Numbered from the stretch's first letter, positions 19,257 through 32,368 are shown. The stretch is DNA of 64,000 nt from an uncultured Acidimicrobiia bacterium (GCA_963836205.1 CAWIIV010000015.1:160001-224000), one strand, 5' to 3'. Notes: generated by a model not told the origin, from the sequence alone. Made by a program: numbers and translations.

Positions 19257-21632
19257 TCAAGAGAAGGGGTCGTAGATGGCGTATGGCAACGGGACGGGAA
19301 CGTCGCCGTTGGCGCCCCAGGTGGTCGTGGCTCCGCCCTGGACGTACCAGACACCGGTTGCGTCGCGGAACACGGCGATGTCGGTCGTTCCGTTGCCGTT
19401 GTAGTCGCCGGGGGCGGGGACGTCGCCGTTGGCGCCCCAGTACGTCGTGGCTCCGCCCTGGACGTACCAGACACCGGTTGCGGGGCGGAACACGGCGATG
19501 TCGGTGGTGCCGTTTCCGTTGTAGTCGCCGGGGACAGGGACGTCGCCGTTGGTGCCCCAGTACGTCGTGGCTCCGCCTTGCACGTACCAGACACCGGTGG
19601 CCGGGCGGAACACGGCTACTTCGGTGCTGCCGTCGCCGTTGTAGTCGCCGGGAACGGGGATGTCGCCGTTGGTGCCCCAGTACGTCGTAGCGCCGCCCTG
19701 GACGTACCAGACACCGGTCGAGGGGCGGAACACGGCTACTTCGGTCGTTCCGTCTCCGTTGTAGTCGCCGGGAACGGGGACGTCGCCGTTGGTGCCCCAG
19801 GTGGTCGTGGCTCCGCCCTGGACGTACCAAACGCCGGTGGTGCGCCGGAACACGGCGATCTCGGTCGTCCCGTTTCCGTTGTAGTCGCCGGGAACGGGAA
19901 GGTCGCCATTGGTGCCCCAGTAGGTCGTGGCTCCGCCCTGGACGTACCAGACACCGGTGGAGGGGCGGAACACGCCGATGTCTGTGGTGCCGTTTCCGTC
20001 GAAGTCGGCCGGCGGACGAGCCGCGCCATCGCTTCGCTGAAACAGGAACACGTCGGTAGCGCCGTTGGCGTCGCTCTGGCCCGCCACCAGGTTGGTGGCG
20101 CTCGACGAGAATGGTACGAACGCCCCGTCGGCGCTGATGGCCGCCTCGGCACTGCCGAGGTTGGCCGTCGTGGTGGCGCTGGCCGGCGTGTGCGACACCA
20201 GCGTCACCACCCCCGTGGCCCGCTGGAAGAGGAAGGCGTCGTAGTTGCTGTTGGCGTCGCTCTGGCCCGCCACCAGGTTGGTGGCTGTCGACGAGAAGGC
20301 CACGAACGCGCCGTCGGCGCTGATGGCCGGATCGAGACCGCCGGCACTGGCCGTCGTGGTGGCGCTGGCCGGCGTGTGCGACACCAGCGTCACCACCCCC
20401 GTGGCCCGCTGGAAGAGGAAGGTGTCGAAGTCGCCGTTGGTGTCGCTCTGGCCCGCCACCAGGGTGGTGGCTGTCGAGGAGAATGCCACGAACGCCCCGT
20501 CGGCGCTGATGGCCGGATCGAGACTGAGGCCGCTGGCCGTCGTGGCGCTGGCCGGCGTGTGCGACACCAGCGCCACCACCCCCGTGGCCCGCTGGAAGAG
20601 GAATGTGTCGTAGTTGCCGTTGCCGTCGCTCTGGCTCACCACCAGATTGGTGGCGAGCGAGTGGAAGGCCACGAACGCCCCGTCGGCGCTGATGGCCGGG
20701 CCGAGACTGTCGCTACTGGCCGTCGTGGTGGCGCTGGCCGGCGTGTGCGACACCAGCGTCACCACCCCCGTGGCCCGCTCGAAGAGGAAGGTGTCGAAGT
20801 CGCCGTTGGCGTCGCTCTGGCCCGCCACCAGGTTGGTGGCGGTCGAGTGGAAGGCCACGAACGCTCCGTCGGCGCTGATGGCCGGCTCGAGACTGGCGCT
20901 GTTGGCCGTCGTGGTGGCGCTGGCCGGCGTGTGCGAAACCAGCGTCACCACCCCCGTGGCCCGCTGGAGGAGGAAGATGTCGAAGTCGCCGTTGGCGTCG
21001 CTCTGGCCGGCCACCAGATTGTTGGCGAACGAGAAGAAGGCCACGAACGCCCCGTCGGCGCTGATCGCCGGCTCGGAACTGAAACCGTTGGCCGTCGTGG
21101 TGGCGCTGGCCGGCGTGTGCGAAACCAGCGTCACCACCCCCGTGGCCCGCTGGAGGAGGAAGATGTCGCCGGTGCTGTTGGCGTCGCTCTGGCCGGTTGC
21201 CAGGTTGGTGGCGGTCGAGCGGAAGGCCACGAACGCCCCGTCGGAGCTGATGGCCGGCTCGGAACTGATCCCGCTGGCCGTCGTGGTGGCGCTGGCCGGC
21301 GTGTGCGATACCAGCGTCACCGCCCCCGTGGCCCGCTCGAAGAGGAAGATGTCGTTGTTGTTGTTGGCGTCGCTCTGGCCCGACACCAGGTCAGTGGCGC
21401 TCGACTGGAAGGCCACGAACGCCCCGTCGGCGCTGGACGACGGGGATTGGCTGTCACCGAGGACTGCCGTCGCCGGCCCGACCGGCGTGTGCGACACGAG
21501 GCTGACCTGGCCGTTGGCGGCGCTTGCCGGCGCCGGGCCGGAGACCAATGCCAGACCGCTCAGCACCATGGCCAGGGCCAGATGGCTGACGCAACGCCGC
21601 CGCACTGGTGGGCCTACCCGTCGGGTGTTCAA
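19257..21632 (-). CDS. Secreted protein with 8 TolB-like propeller repeats (about 62 aa) and 6 FG-GAP/VCBS-like repeats (40 aa)
   Basis: Signal peptide ending APASA; repeats VSHTPASATTTA...PAISADGAFVAF and GDYNGNGTTDIAVFRPATGVWYVQGG carrying DxNGDG Ca-binding-like motifs. Confidence 0.85.
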   Translation of the reverse strand: MNTRRVGPPVRRRCVSHLALAMVLSGLALVSGPAPASAANGQVSLVSHTPVGPATAVLGDSQSPSSSADGAFVAFQSSATDLVSGQSDANNNNDIFLFERATGAVTLVSHTPASATTTASGISSEPAISSDGAFVAFRSTATNLATGQSDANSTGDIFLLQRATGVVTLVSHTPASATTTANGFSSEPAISADGAFVAFFSFANNLVAGQSDANGDFDIFLLQRATGVVTLVSHTPASATTTANSASLEPAISADGAFVAFHSTATNLVAGQSDANGDFDTFLFERATGVVTLVSHTPASATTTASSDSLGPAISADGAFVAFHSLATNLVVSQSDGNGNYDTFLFQRATGVVALVSHTPASATTASGLSLDPAISADGAFVAFSSTATTLVAGQSDTNGDFDTFLFQRATGVVTLVSHTPASATTTASAGGLDPAISADGAFVAFSSTATNLVAGQSDANSNYDAFLFQRATGVVTLVSHTPASATTTANLGSAEAAISADGAFVPFSSSATNLVAGQSDANGATDVFLFQRSDGAARPPADFDGNGTTDIGVFRPSTGVWYVQGGATTYWGTNGDLPVPGDYNGNGTTEIAVFRRTTGVWYVQGGATTTWGTNGDVPVPGDYNGDGTTEVAVFRPSTGVWYVQGGATTYWGTNGDIPVPGDYNGDGSTEVAVFRPATGVWYVQGGATTYWGTNGDVPVPGDYNGNGTTDIAVFRPATGVWYVQGGATTYWGANGDVPAPGDYNGNGTTDIAVFRDATGVWYVQGGATTTWGANGDVPVPLPYAIYDPFS
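19290..20010 (-). repeat. Six 120-bp coding tandem repeats (FG-GAP-like)
   Basis: gtcgtggctccgccctggacgtaccagacaccggt recurs with a 120-bp period. Confidence 0.9.
20035..21510 (-). repeat. Eight ~186-bp coding tandem repeats (propeller blades)
   Basis: gcgctggccggcgtgtgcgacaccagcgtcaccacccccgtggcccgc recurs with a ~186-bp period. Confidence 0.9.
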
Positions 21633-21710
21633 CGCCGCCTCCGTCCCCCGGGCGTCCTCGTCACGCCAAGGTGCCAGACGGTAATCGTAGGCTCCCGCGG
21701 TCGGCTGCGA

Positions 21711-23886
<2,176 letters not shown>

Positions 23887-23960
23887 TCAGCCTACCGCGG
23901 CCGCCGCACCGGCCGAAGGACCGGCGATGGCCTGGACTTTCGCCGGCGGGACCGTCCCCT

Positions 23961-24970
23961 TCACTCGCCGACGGAGTTCCAGTAGGCCTTGAGGAGGCGG
24001 AGGATGCCTGCGCCCACGCGGCGAAATCCGAACCACGCCACGGTCAGAACGAGGAAGCCCCAGATGCCGACCCACATCGCCGCGCCGAAAGCGTCGGTCG
24101 GCTCCTCCGAGAGCTCAGGGGCGGTGACCGCCAGGACCGAGAACCAGGCGACGGCGTAGACGCCGAGCATCCAGGGCCGAACCTTCCGCCGGGGCGGGGA
24201 CGCGTCGCGGTCCCAACTTTCGGGGCCCAGGTTCCGACGCCCGTCGCGGACACGCACCCAGACGCCACGGCCATCAGCCCCAAGCCGCCGAGCACCCCGA
24301 ACGCCACCCAGAGGTCCCAGGGGGGCTGGTTGGCCTCGCCGAGGACGCTGACCCGCTCGGGGTTGGAGCGGTCGACGAGGACGGTCACGGGACCTCCCTC
24401 CCGGTATCCCGTCGCCTCATCGCTGCGGATCTCCTTCCTCCGGGGACGTTCCTGCCACGTGAACTCGACGACGATGTGCTCGCCCCCGACGAAGCTGGCG
24501 TCCTCTTCCAGCACCACCTCCGCGACCACGCCCGGCACCCGGGCCCCATTTCGTTCCAGTCCCATGGCCCGGTAGTCGACGACGCCCTGGACGACGGAGG
24601 CGGCGACGACGAGAGCGAGGCCGGCGCCGAGCCAAGGCCAGGCCCGTCGGGGGATCCGCCGGGCCTCGGTGGCGGTCGGGTCGGCGGAGCGGCGGAGACG
24701 GTGGGCGTCGGCGTCGGTCACCCCGGCGACCAGCGCGTCGACGCCTGTCGCCGCGAAGGCTCGACGGGGCAAGGGAGCCGGTAGCTCGGGGGCATCGTCG
24801 TCCCACGCCTGGTCGGGGCCGGCAGGGGCCGGCCACGTCGGGGATGGCGCCCGGCGGGTGGGGGCGCGTGGGGCCTCCGCCCGTCGCTCGGCCGCCTGTC
24901 GCAGGATCCAGGGGACGGACTCGTCCCCGGCGGGCTGCTCGTCCAGCGTGCGGGTGCCGTCCGCCATCAT
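23961..24970 (-). CDS. Membrane protein with a DUF3592-like beta domain (one frameshift near 24265)
   Basis: AAGGAGG RBS; TM segment, then GARVPGVV...VEFT...GGPVTVLVDRSNPE. Restoring one G joins the C-terminal two-TM ORF 23961-24257. Confidence 0.55.
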
Positions 24971-25061
24971 CTTCCTCCTTGTTCCGCCGACTCTCCCAGC
25001 GGGGCGTCCCCCTGATTGTCGGCCCGCGGCCGCGGTCCCGCCAGGGGCGATCGGCCTCTCC

Positions 25062-26453
25062 TCAGGCCAGGGTGACCAGGACCGCCTCGACGTCGGCGAT
25101 GGTGGTGCGGGGGTTGACGATGCAGAGGCGCAGGATCGTCTCGCCGGCGTGGGTGGAGGGGACGACGAAGGCCACGCCCGACTCGAGCAGCCGGCGGGAC
25201 CAGGCCACATAGTCGGCCGGCGACCAGCCGAGGCGGCGGAACGCGACCACGGACAGCTCGGGCTCGGCCACCAGGGCCAGGTGGGGCGCCTGGCGGACGA
25301 GGTCGGCGGCGGCCGCCGCGATCGCCAGGCAGCGTTCGACGGCATCGGAATACGCCCGGGTGCCGTAGGCGGCCAGGGAGAACCAGAACGGGACGCCGCG
25401 GGCCCGCCGGGTCAGGTGGACGGCGTAGTCGGACGGGTTCCAGTCGCCGCTCTCGTGCAGGACCTCCAGGTAGGCGCCGTGCTGGGCGTGGGCGGCCTTG
25501 GCCCACGACGGGTCGCGATAGAGGAGGATGCACGTGTCGAACGGGGCGAACAGCCACTTGTGGGGGTCGACGATGAACGAGTCGGCCCGCTCGATGCCGG
25601 CGAAGCGGGGTCGCACCGACGGCGCCGCCAGCGCGGCCAGGCCGTAGGCCCCGTCGACATGGAGCCACACCCCGGCCGCGGCGCAGGCGTCGGCGACCGA
25701 CGCCAGGTCGTCGACCAGCCCGAGATTGGTGGAGCCGGCGGTGGCCACGACGGCGCACACCCGGTCGCCGACCTCGGCCAGCACCGGGACCAGGGCCGCG
25801 CCGGTGAGCCGGTCGCCCGGCACGACCACCACCTCTGCGTCCATGACCTCGGCCACCGCGTCCACCGAGGCGTGAGCGGTCGAGCCGACCACCACGGCCC
25901 ATCGGGAGGGACGTTGGCCGGCCCGCCGGGCCAGGGCCGAGTGGCGGGCCGCCACCAGCGCCGACAGGTTGCCGATCGTTCCCCCGGAGACGAAGACCCC
26001 ACCCGCGCCGGGGGGCAGTCCGGCCAGGTCCGCCACCCAGCGCAGGGCCTGGTTCTCGGCCCATACCGCCCCCGCCCCTTCCAGCCAGGAGCCGGCGTAG
26101 ATGGAGCACGCCCCCACCACGGCGTCGGCCAGGATCGACGTCTCCGTCGGTGCGGCCGGGATGAAGGCGAAGTAGCGAGGGAAGTCGACCGAGAGGCAGG
26201 CGGGCTCCAGGATCTGAGTGAAGATCCGCAGCACCTCGTCCGGGCCCAGGCCGTCGTCGGTGATGCTCGGCCCGGCGGCGGCGTCGAGCTCGGCCGGTGT
26301 GCGCGGGTGGCCGAGGGGGACGCCCTCGATGTCGGACCGGGCCCGACGTAGGGCGAAGGCCAGCGCGTCCCGGGCGAAGCCGTCCATGGCCGCGTCGAAG
26401 CGGTGCATGCCGTCGACCGGCTCGGCCGGCTCGGCCGGGTCGACCTCCGTCAC
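25062..26453 (-). CDS. Group II PLP-dependent decarboxylase
   Basis: FVSGGTIGN, AHASV, ATAGSTNLG, WLHVDGAYG and DPHKWLF (PLP lysine). The GTG start overlaps the stop of the upstream binding-protein gene. Confidence 0.92.
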   Translation of the reverse strand: MTEVDPAEPAEPVDGMHRFDAAMDGFARDALAFALRRARSDIEGVPLGHPRTPAELDAAAGPSITDDGLGPDEVLRIFTQILEPACLSVDFPRYFAFIPAAPTETSILADAVVGACSIYAGSWLEGAGAVWAENQALRWVADLAGLPPGAGGVFVSGGTIGNLSALVAARHSALARRAGQRPSRWAVVVGSTAHASVDAVAEVMDAEVVVVPGDRLTGAALVPVLAEVGDRVCAVVATAGSTNLGLVDDLASVADACAAAGVWLHVDGAYGLAALAAPSVRPRFAGIERADSFIVDPHKWLFAPFDTCILLYRDPSWAKAAHAQHGAYLEVLHESGDWNPSDYAVHLTRRARGVPFWFSLAAYGTRAYSDAVERCLAIAAAAADLVRQAPHLALVAEPELSVVAFRRLGWSPADYVAWSRRLLESGVAFVVPSTHAGETILRLCIVNPRTTIADVEAVLVTLA

Positions 26454-27595
26454 GTGCCGGTGATGGCGGAGAACCGGGTCTGGAGGGCTTCCTCCTCGGC
26501 CGACGTCGTGCCCGCCCAGAACGACAGCCGGCGGCGGGTGGCCTCGTCGGGGAAGAGGACGGGGTTGGCGGCCAGGGCGGCGGCGTCGCCCCCGGCCCGC
26601 TCCAGTTCCTCCCGCACGCCCAGGACCGGGCTCACGTACTGGACGGCGGCGGTGATGCGGGCCGCGTTGGCCGGGTCGTAGACGAAGTTCATGAACTCCC
26701 CCGCCGAGGCTACGTTGTCGGCCCCCTTGGGGATCACCATGCTGTCGAACCAGCGGATGCCGCCCTCGGCCGGGATCACGAAGCGGATGTCGGGCCGGCG
26801 GGCCTGGAGCTGGACCACGTCGCCCGACCACGCCAGGCAGGCCGCGAACTCGCCGCTCTCCAAGGCGTCGACGTACTCGTTGCCGGTGAAGCGGGCCACC
26901 TGCCCCGAGGCCACCACGTCCTCCAGCCGGTCGAGGGCAGCGTCGGCGGTGGCGACGGAGGCCCGCCCGGGGTCGTCGCCCCGGGCCAGCATGAACAGCC
27001 CCACCACCTCCCGCATCTCCGACACCATCCCCACCCGGCCCTTGAGCCCGGCGTCGAGAAGGTCGGCGAAGGCGCCGAGGGGGCGGCCGGTGAGGGCGGG
27101 GTTGTAGGCGACGCCGGTGATCCCGGCCTGCCACGGCATGTGGAAGCGGGCCCCCCGGTCCCACGCCGTACCCAGCAGGGCGGGGTCGACGTTGACGTGG
27201 TTGGGGACGTGCTCGAGGGGGACCTCGTTGAGCAGGCCCCGCTCCAGCAGCTGGGACACCACCCAGTAGGTGGGCACGACGATGTCGAAGCCGGTGGCCT
27301 TGCCCTCGAACAGGGTCGGACCGAAGACCTCGGCCAGCCCGAACTGGTTGTCGCTGTAGTCCTCCGAATAGTCGACGGACGTGCCCGTCTCGGCGCTGAA
27401 CCGGTCGACGGTGCCCACCTCGCCATCGCCGGTGGTGTCGATGTACTGGGGCCAGTTGAGGACCCGCAGCCGGCCCGTGGGGTCGCCCGAGTCTCCCGAC
27501 GGGGCCGACTTCAGGCCTCCTCTTGAGCAGGCCGCACCCAGGGCGAGGGCGCCGGCGCCGGCCAGGAACGTCCGCCTGCTGATGCGAGTGGTCAT
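26450..27595 (-). CDS. PotD/PotF-like polyamine-binding lipoprotein with Tat signal (no permease or ATPase genes nearby)
   Basis: SRRTFL Tat motif plus GAAC lipobox; LNWPQYID, DIVVPT, WQAGITGVAYN, AWSGD, PAEGGIRWFDSMVIP and FMNFVYDP motifs. Confidence 0.85.
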   Translation of the reverse strand: MTTRISRRTFLAGAGALALGAACSRGGLKSAPSGDSGDPTGRLRVLNWPQYIDTTGDGEVGTVDRFSAETGTSVDYSEDYSDNQFGLAEVFGPTLFEGKATGFDIVVPTYWVVSQLLERGLLNEVPLEHVPNHVNVDPALLGTAWDRGARFHMPWQAGITGVAYNPALTGRPLGAFADLLDAGLKGRVGMVSEMREVVGLFMLARGDDPGRASVATADAALDRLEDVVASGQVARFTGNEYVDALESGEFAACLAWSGDVVQLQARRPDIRFVIPAEGGIRWFDSMVIPKGADNVASAGEFMNFVYDPANAARITAAVQYVSPVLGVREELERAGGDAAALAANPVLFPDEATRRRLSFWAGTTSAEEEALQTRFSAITGT

Positions 27596-27605
27596 GGCGC
27601 CGTCC

Positions 27606-28986
27606 TCACCGGTAGTCGTTGATGCGCAGCTGGTAGCCCCACAGGGCGGCCACCAGGGCTCCGAGGACGAGGAGCAGGGCGGCGGTGGGGACGCGGGACG
27701 TGCGATCGGCGGCCGTCTCCAGCCCGGCCAGGAACTGGCCCCGGCTCTGGCCCAGGACGGCCTCGACCGAGAAGTTGAACCCGTTGAACTCGGCGTTGGA
27801 GCGGCCCACGGCGATGGCCCGGGCATCGGCCGGGGACGAGGCGGACCGCAGGGCGGCCACCGTGTCGCGGTAGCGCTGCCAGCGCTCGGCGACCTCGGCC
27901 ACGGCCGCCCGGGACCGGGGCGTGGCCGACGTGGTCGCGGCCTGGCCCGAGGAGGCCGCCCGGGGCGCCTTCGGCGGTACCCGCCCGGATGGCGGCCGGC
28001 GACCCCGGGCGTGACCCCGCCGGAACCGCCACCGTGCGACATCTGGGCGTCAGCGCCGCCCGCTGGTTGGAGTTGCCGGTGACCAGGGCGAGGGTCTCGT
28101 TGGCCTTGGCGCCGAAGCCCGCCGTCTGGAGCTGGGCGGTGAGGGCGATCGAGTCGTATCCCTGGCGGCGGGCGTCGCGGATGGCGCTCCCGCTCCCCCG
28201 CTCGGCCAGCACCAGCCAGACCAGGGCCGCGGCCAGGGCCAGGGTGCCCACCGCCAGGGGGAGGTTCACCAGCCGGCGGCTGGTCTTGGCCACCTGGGCC
28301 TGGCCGAAGCCGAGCACGGCCAGCCCCAGGGCGACCACGACGAGGGCGACGATCCATCCCTGGGTCCGCCGGCCCTCGTCCTGGCGGAGGCGCTCCTGAG
28401 TGGCGGCGGTGAGGGCGGTGAGGTCGTCCTGGACGATGGCATTGCCCAGGCTCACGCTCTGCACCAGGTAGTCGCCGGCCTCGGCCACGCCCGCCCGGTT
28501 CGACGCCCGGGCCGCCTCCACCAGGCCGGCGTACGTGCTCACCCGCACCGACACCCGCTGGAGGAGGTCGTGCACGCCGGCGTCGTCGCCCACCCGGGCC
28601 GCGATCTGCTCCATCTGCTGCTCGGCCCGGGCCAGGGCCTGCTCGTAGAGGCGGCGCTGCTCGGGGTCCTCGTCCCGTCCGCTCAGGAAGGCGGCCGTCT
28701 GGGCCGCGTCGGCCTCGGCCAGGCTGGAGACGAGCTGCTGGGTGGCCACCAGCACCGGGCCGCTGTTGGTGCGCACCCGGTTGGTCGCCCCCCGCATCCG
28801 GGCCGCGGAGGCGGTGGCCGCCACCGCCGCCAGCACCAGCACCACCACCGCCGCCAGCGACCACAACCGGTAGCGCCCGGGCGTCGACCCGCTGGCCGCC
28901 CGCAGCCGCTCGACGGTGCGGGCCACCACGTTGCCGCCCGCCGGCGGGGGCGGGTCGGGCGACCGGGCGGGGGTGAACGTGGTCAC
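27606..28986 (-). CDS. GlnX-like transmembrane transducer with two extracytoplasmic helical domains (several frameshifts at about 27940-28060)
   Basis: TPGRYRL N-terminus, LVSSLAEADAA...AFL, RRLVNLPLA central TM pair and C-terminus ALWGYQLRINDYR. This architecture matches GlnX-family proteins of pknG loci. Confidence 0.7.
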
Positions 28987-29765
28987 GGGTTCTGGCGGAT
29001 GGTGATCGAGGTGAAGGCGCCCACCAGCAGGCGGTCGCCGTCGTGGAGGACCCGGACCACGCCGGGGGCGATGGGCTCGTCCTCGTCGTTGATCCACGTG
29101 CCGTTGGTGGAGCCCACGTCGACCACGGCCCACGATCCGTCGGCCTGGCGCTGGAGGGCGGCGTGGCGGCGGGAGACGGCGGGGTCGTCGACCGGCGACG
29201 AGAGGTCGATGTCGGGGAAGTAGCCCTTGGACTCGCTGCGACGGCCGATCGACATCTCGTCCCCCACGAGGGGGATGTCGCGGGGCACGAGGGCGTCGGG
29301 GAAGGTGACCACCCCGGCGGTGACGTTGCCGTCGAAGAAGACCCGGTCGGCGCCCACGAGCGCCGTCCACCCCGACGGGACCGCTGCCGGCATCACGGTG
29401 GTGCCCGAAACCGATGGGGTACCCGCGGCTACGGGGACTGCGCCTGAACCACCGGGGGCCGGCGGGGGGATGGGGGTGGGGTCGGGCGGGGCGGGCATCT
29501 GGCCGCTGACGAAGTCGAGCCCGCACACCTCGCAGAACACGTCGTCGGCGGAGCGGGGGGCGCCGCAGAAGTAGCAGGTGTCGGACGGTGCGCCGTCCGA
29601 CGGGTCGACGGCCGACGGCGGGATCGGCGTCGGATCGACGGCCGCGGCCGCCGCGGAGGCCGTCCCCGCCGCGGCCGGGCCGGCGATGGCGGCGCCGCAC
29701 GTGTCGCAGTAGTCGCTGGTGGCCGACTCCGACCCACAGGTGGCGCACGGGTAGGTCGTGGTCAT
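28983..29765 (-). CDS. Double zinc-ribbon + FHA domain protein
   Basis: CATCG...YCDTCG and CYFCG...FCEVCG; FHA motifs IGRRS, VSRRHA and GSTNGT. Confidence 0.9.
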   Translation of the reverse strand: MTTTYPCATCGSESATSDYCDTCGAAIAGPAAAGTASAAAAAVDPTPIPPSAVDPSDGAPSDTCYFCGAPRSADDVFCEVCGLDFVSGQMPAPPDPTPIPPPAPGGSGAVPVAAGTPSVSGTTVMPAAVPSGWTALVGADRVFFDGNVTAGVVTFPDALVPRDIPLVGDEMSIGRRSESKGYFPDIDLSSPVDDPAVSRRHAALQRQADGSWAVVDVGSTNGTWINDEDEPIAPGVVRVLHDGDRLLVGAFTSITIRQNP

Positions 29766-31094
29766 GACTGGTTGGCTCCTTCGTCGGGGTTGGCGGCCGG
29801 GGGTGGACTGGCGGGGGCGGCGGCGCCCTTCTGCACCCGCACCGTCCGCGTCGACCGGGTGTCGAGCTCCATCTCGTCGAGGGCGTCGACCTCCCGCCGC
29901 ACCCGGACGGTGCCGGTGTCGGCGTCCTCCACCTCCACCACCTTGCGCAGCAGCTTCACCGTCCCGTCATTCCCCGATTGGGTGGCCAGCTGCACCGCCC
30001 GCCCGAGCTTCACGGTGGCGGTGTCGATGTCGCCGTCCTTGCGGGCCTGCAACCCCTCCTGGATGGCCTGGGCCAGCTCCGCCTGCCCGGTGTAGTGGGC
30101 CACCTGGGAGTTGATCCTCGTCGACAGGGCCTCGTCGTCGGTCCACACCGCCCGCACCAATCCCTGGGACACCGGATCGTCGCCCACCATGAGGCTGATG
30201 CGGGCCGCCAGCCGCTCGTCGCCCACGGCCGCCGGCAGCACGTCGACGCACACGTGGTAGTCGCGGGTCTCGTCCCCCGACCAGGCGCCGGTGGGATAGT
30301 CGTTGGTGAGGGCGTTGACCGGTGCCGCCTTGGCCGTGATGTCCTCCACGCTGGGGGCCACCTGGCGGACGAAGCGCACGGTGGAGCCCTTGGGCGACCA
30401 CATCCGCAGGCGGACATCGGCCACCGACTTGCCCAGGGCCCGCTCCAGGAACGCCTGGAAGTCGTCGTCCATCTCGTCCGGCTGCTTGATGATGTCGACC
30501 TCGCCCAGCAGGCCGGAGGCGATGTGGCGCAGCTCCTCCACCTCCCAGTCGGCGCCCGACGCCGCGGGTGTCGCACTGGTAGACGCCCGCGGCCCGGGCG
30601 ATGCCGCCGTCGAGGTCGTCGCGGGTCTCGCCCTGGTTGATCCCGTCGGTGAGGAGGTAGGCCAGGCGGATGGCGCCGGCGTGGGGCGTGAGCAGCTCGG
30701 TGGTGCGGTCGAGCCAGGTCGACATGGCCGTGCCCCCGCCGGCCCGCAGGTGCTCGGCCGCTTGGGCGCCCTGGCTCCGGGTGTGGTCGTCGGCGGCGAC
30801 CAGCCCGCCCTCGTCGGGATAGGCCAGGCGCCCGTGCTCGGTTCCCGCCACCAGGGCGAACAACGTGCCGTCGGGCAGGAGGCGGATGGCAGTGGCCGCC
30901 GCCCGGCGGGCAGCCCGGATCTTGGTGCCGGGGACCTCCATCGAGCCGCTGGTGTCGACGATCAGCACCACCGCCTTGTCGGTGGTCCCCGGCCCGGCGG
31001 CGGCGTCCTCCCCGGTGACGGTGACCACCGCGTTGACCTCGGTCGCCCCCTCGGGCAGGAACTCGTTCTGGTACACGGACGCGGAGAAGCTCAT
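29762..31094 (-). CDS. von Willebrand factor A domain protein (frameshift near 30556)
   Basis: MIDAS motif VDTSGSM, GGTAMSTWL, LLTDG. Removing one G restores RGVGADWEVEELRHIA and joins ORF 29762-30541. Confidence 0.88.
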
Positions 31095-32153
31095 GCGGCG
31101 GGTCCTTTCGAGGCGGGACGGGGAAGGTCGACCAGCACGACGGTGATGTTGTCGCTGCCGCCGGCGACGTTGGCGAAGTCGACCAGGCGGCGGGCGGTTG
31201 GCAGGAGGTCGGTGCGGTCGCCGGCGGCGGCGGCGGCCACGTCGGCCGCGGTCTCGGCGTAGTTCCAGAGGCCGTCGGAGCAGAGCAGGAGCCGGCCCCG
31301 GCCGGGGGCGGTGAACGACGACAGCCGGGCGTCCCACGAAGGGTCGGCGTCGGCGCCCAGCCAGCGGGTGATCACGTGCGCCCGGCGGTCGGCGTAGGCC
31401 TCCTCCGCCGTCATGGTCCCGGCACCGATGACCTCGGCCGCCCACGAGTCGTCGGTGGTGAGGGTCTCGGGCTCGCCCTCGGCCGGCAGCCACATCGACC
31501 GGCAGTCGCCCAGGGTGGCCAGCTCGACCTGGGCCCCGTCGACCACCGCGGCCAGGAACGTGCACGACGGGGCGCCCAGGCGGGGGTCGGGCACCCACGC
31601 CAGGGCCAGGACCGCATCCCGGGCGGCGGCGTAGGCCGCGGGAAGGGCGCCGGCCGCGCCGGGGTCGGCCACCAGCACGGCCAGGGCGGCGTCGGCCGCG
31701 GCCTGCGACGCGGCGTCGGGGTCGACGGTCGTGGAGACGCCGTCGCACACGACCGCGACCACCCGGCCGTCGTCGGTGACGGCCATGGCGAAGGCGTCCT
31801 CGTTGCGGTGGTGGCGCTTGCCCCGGTCGGTGACGGCCGCCATCCCGTCGGCCTCCGCCTCCATGTGGTCGCGGGCCGCGGGCTGCTTCAATCCGCAGAC
31901 GCCGCAGTACCCCTCGACGATCTCCACCCCGGCCGCCCCGCACGACGGGCAGGGAGCGGCGAACGTCGACGCGGTCGGGCACCGAGAGGCCCTGGTCGTC
32001 GAGGTCGACCTCCGCCACGGCCGCGGGCGCGGGAGGGGCCGTCGTCGCCGGCAGGTCCGCCCCACAGGCCTCGCAGAACACGTCCCCCAGGGCGGTCGCC
32101 TCGCCGCACGTCGGGCAGGCGAGGGCGACCGGGTCGGGGGCGGCCGCCGTCAC
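31091..32153 (-). CDS. PP2C-family Ser/Thr phosphatase with N-terminal zinc ribbons (frameshift near 31962)
   Basis: TDRGKRHHRNEDA, VVCDGVS, GDCR, HVITRWLG, LCSDGLWNY and GGSDNIT; N-terminal CPTCG...FCEACG and CPSCG...YCGVCG. Confidence 0.9.
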
Positions 32154-32360
32154 CGTGTCCTCCCTTCGGTTTCGTGCGCCCGCAGGGACCACGAAACGCC
32201 GACGGCGGTCACGGCAGCGCGGTCTTGGTGGGCGAGACCGAGGGCGACCGGGTCGGGGGCGGCGGCCGTCACCGGGTCCGCCCTTCGTTTCAGACGCCCG
32301 CAGGGACGTGCAATCGGCCGGGAACCGCCGGATCATGTCCCTCCGGGCGCACGAGACTCC
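32120..32360. repeat. Degenerate ~70-bp direct repeat (32120-32189, 32239-32307) plus an inverted copy of its palindromic core (32331-32360)
   Basis: gagggcgaccgggtcgggggcgg...gtcacc...cccttcg...cgcccgcagggac occurs twice; the core gtttcgtg-cgcccgcagggac-cacgaaac forms a hairpin. Confidence 0.7.
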
Positions 32361-32368
32361 GAGGGCGA

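Noticed and set aside
16395-21632. Diversity-generating retroelement (template/variable repeat pair)
   Set aside because: No reverse transcriptase in the window, and the differences between copies include indels and do not appear adenine-specific.
26450-28864. 804-aa ORF suggesting a long N-terminal fusion to the binding protein
   Set aside because: The upstream part is an off-frame reading of the GlnX-like gene. The SBP has its own RBS, ATG (27595) and Tat signal.
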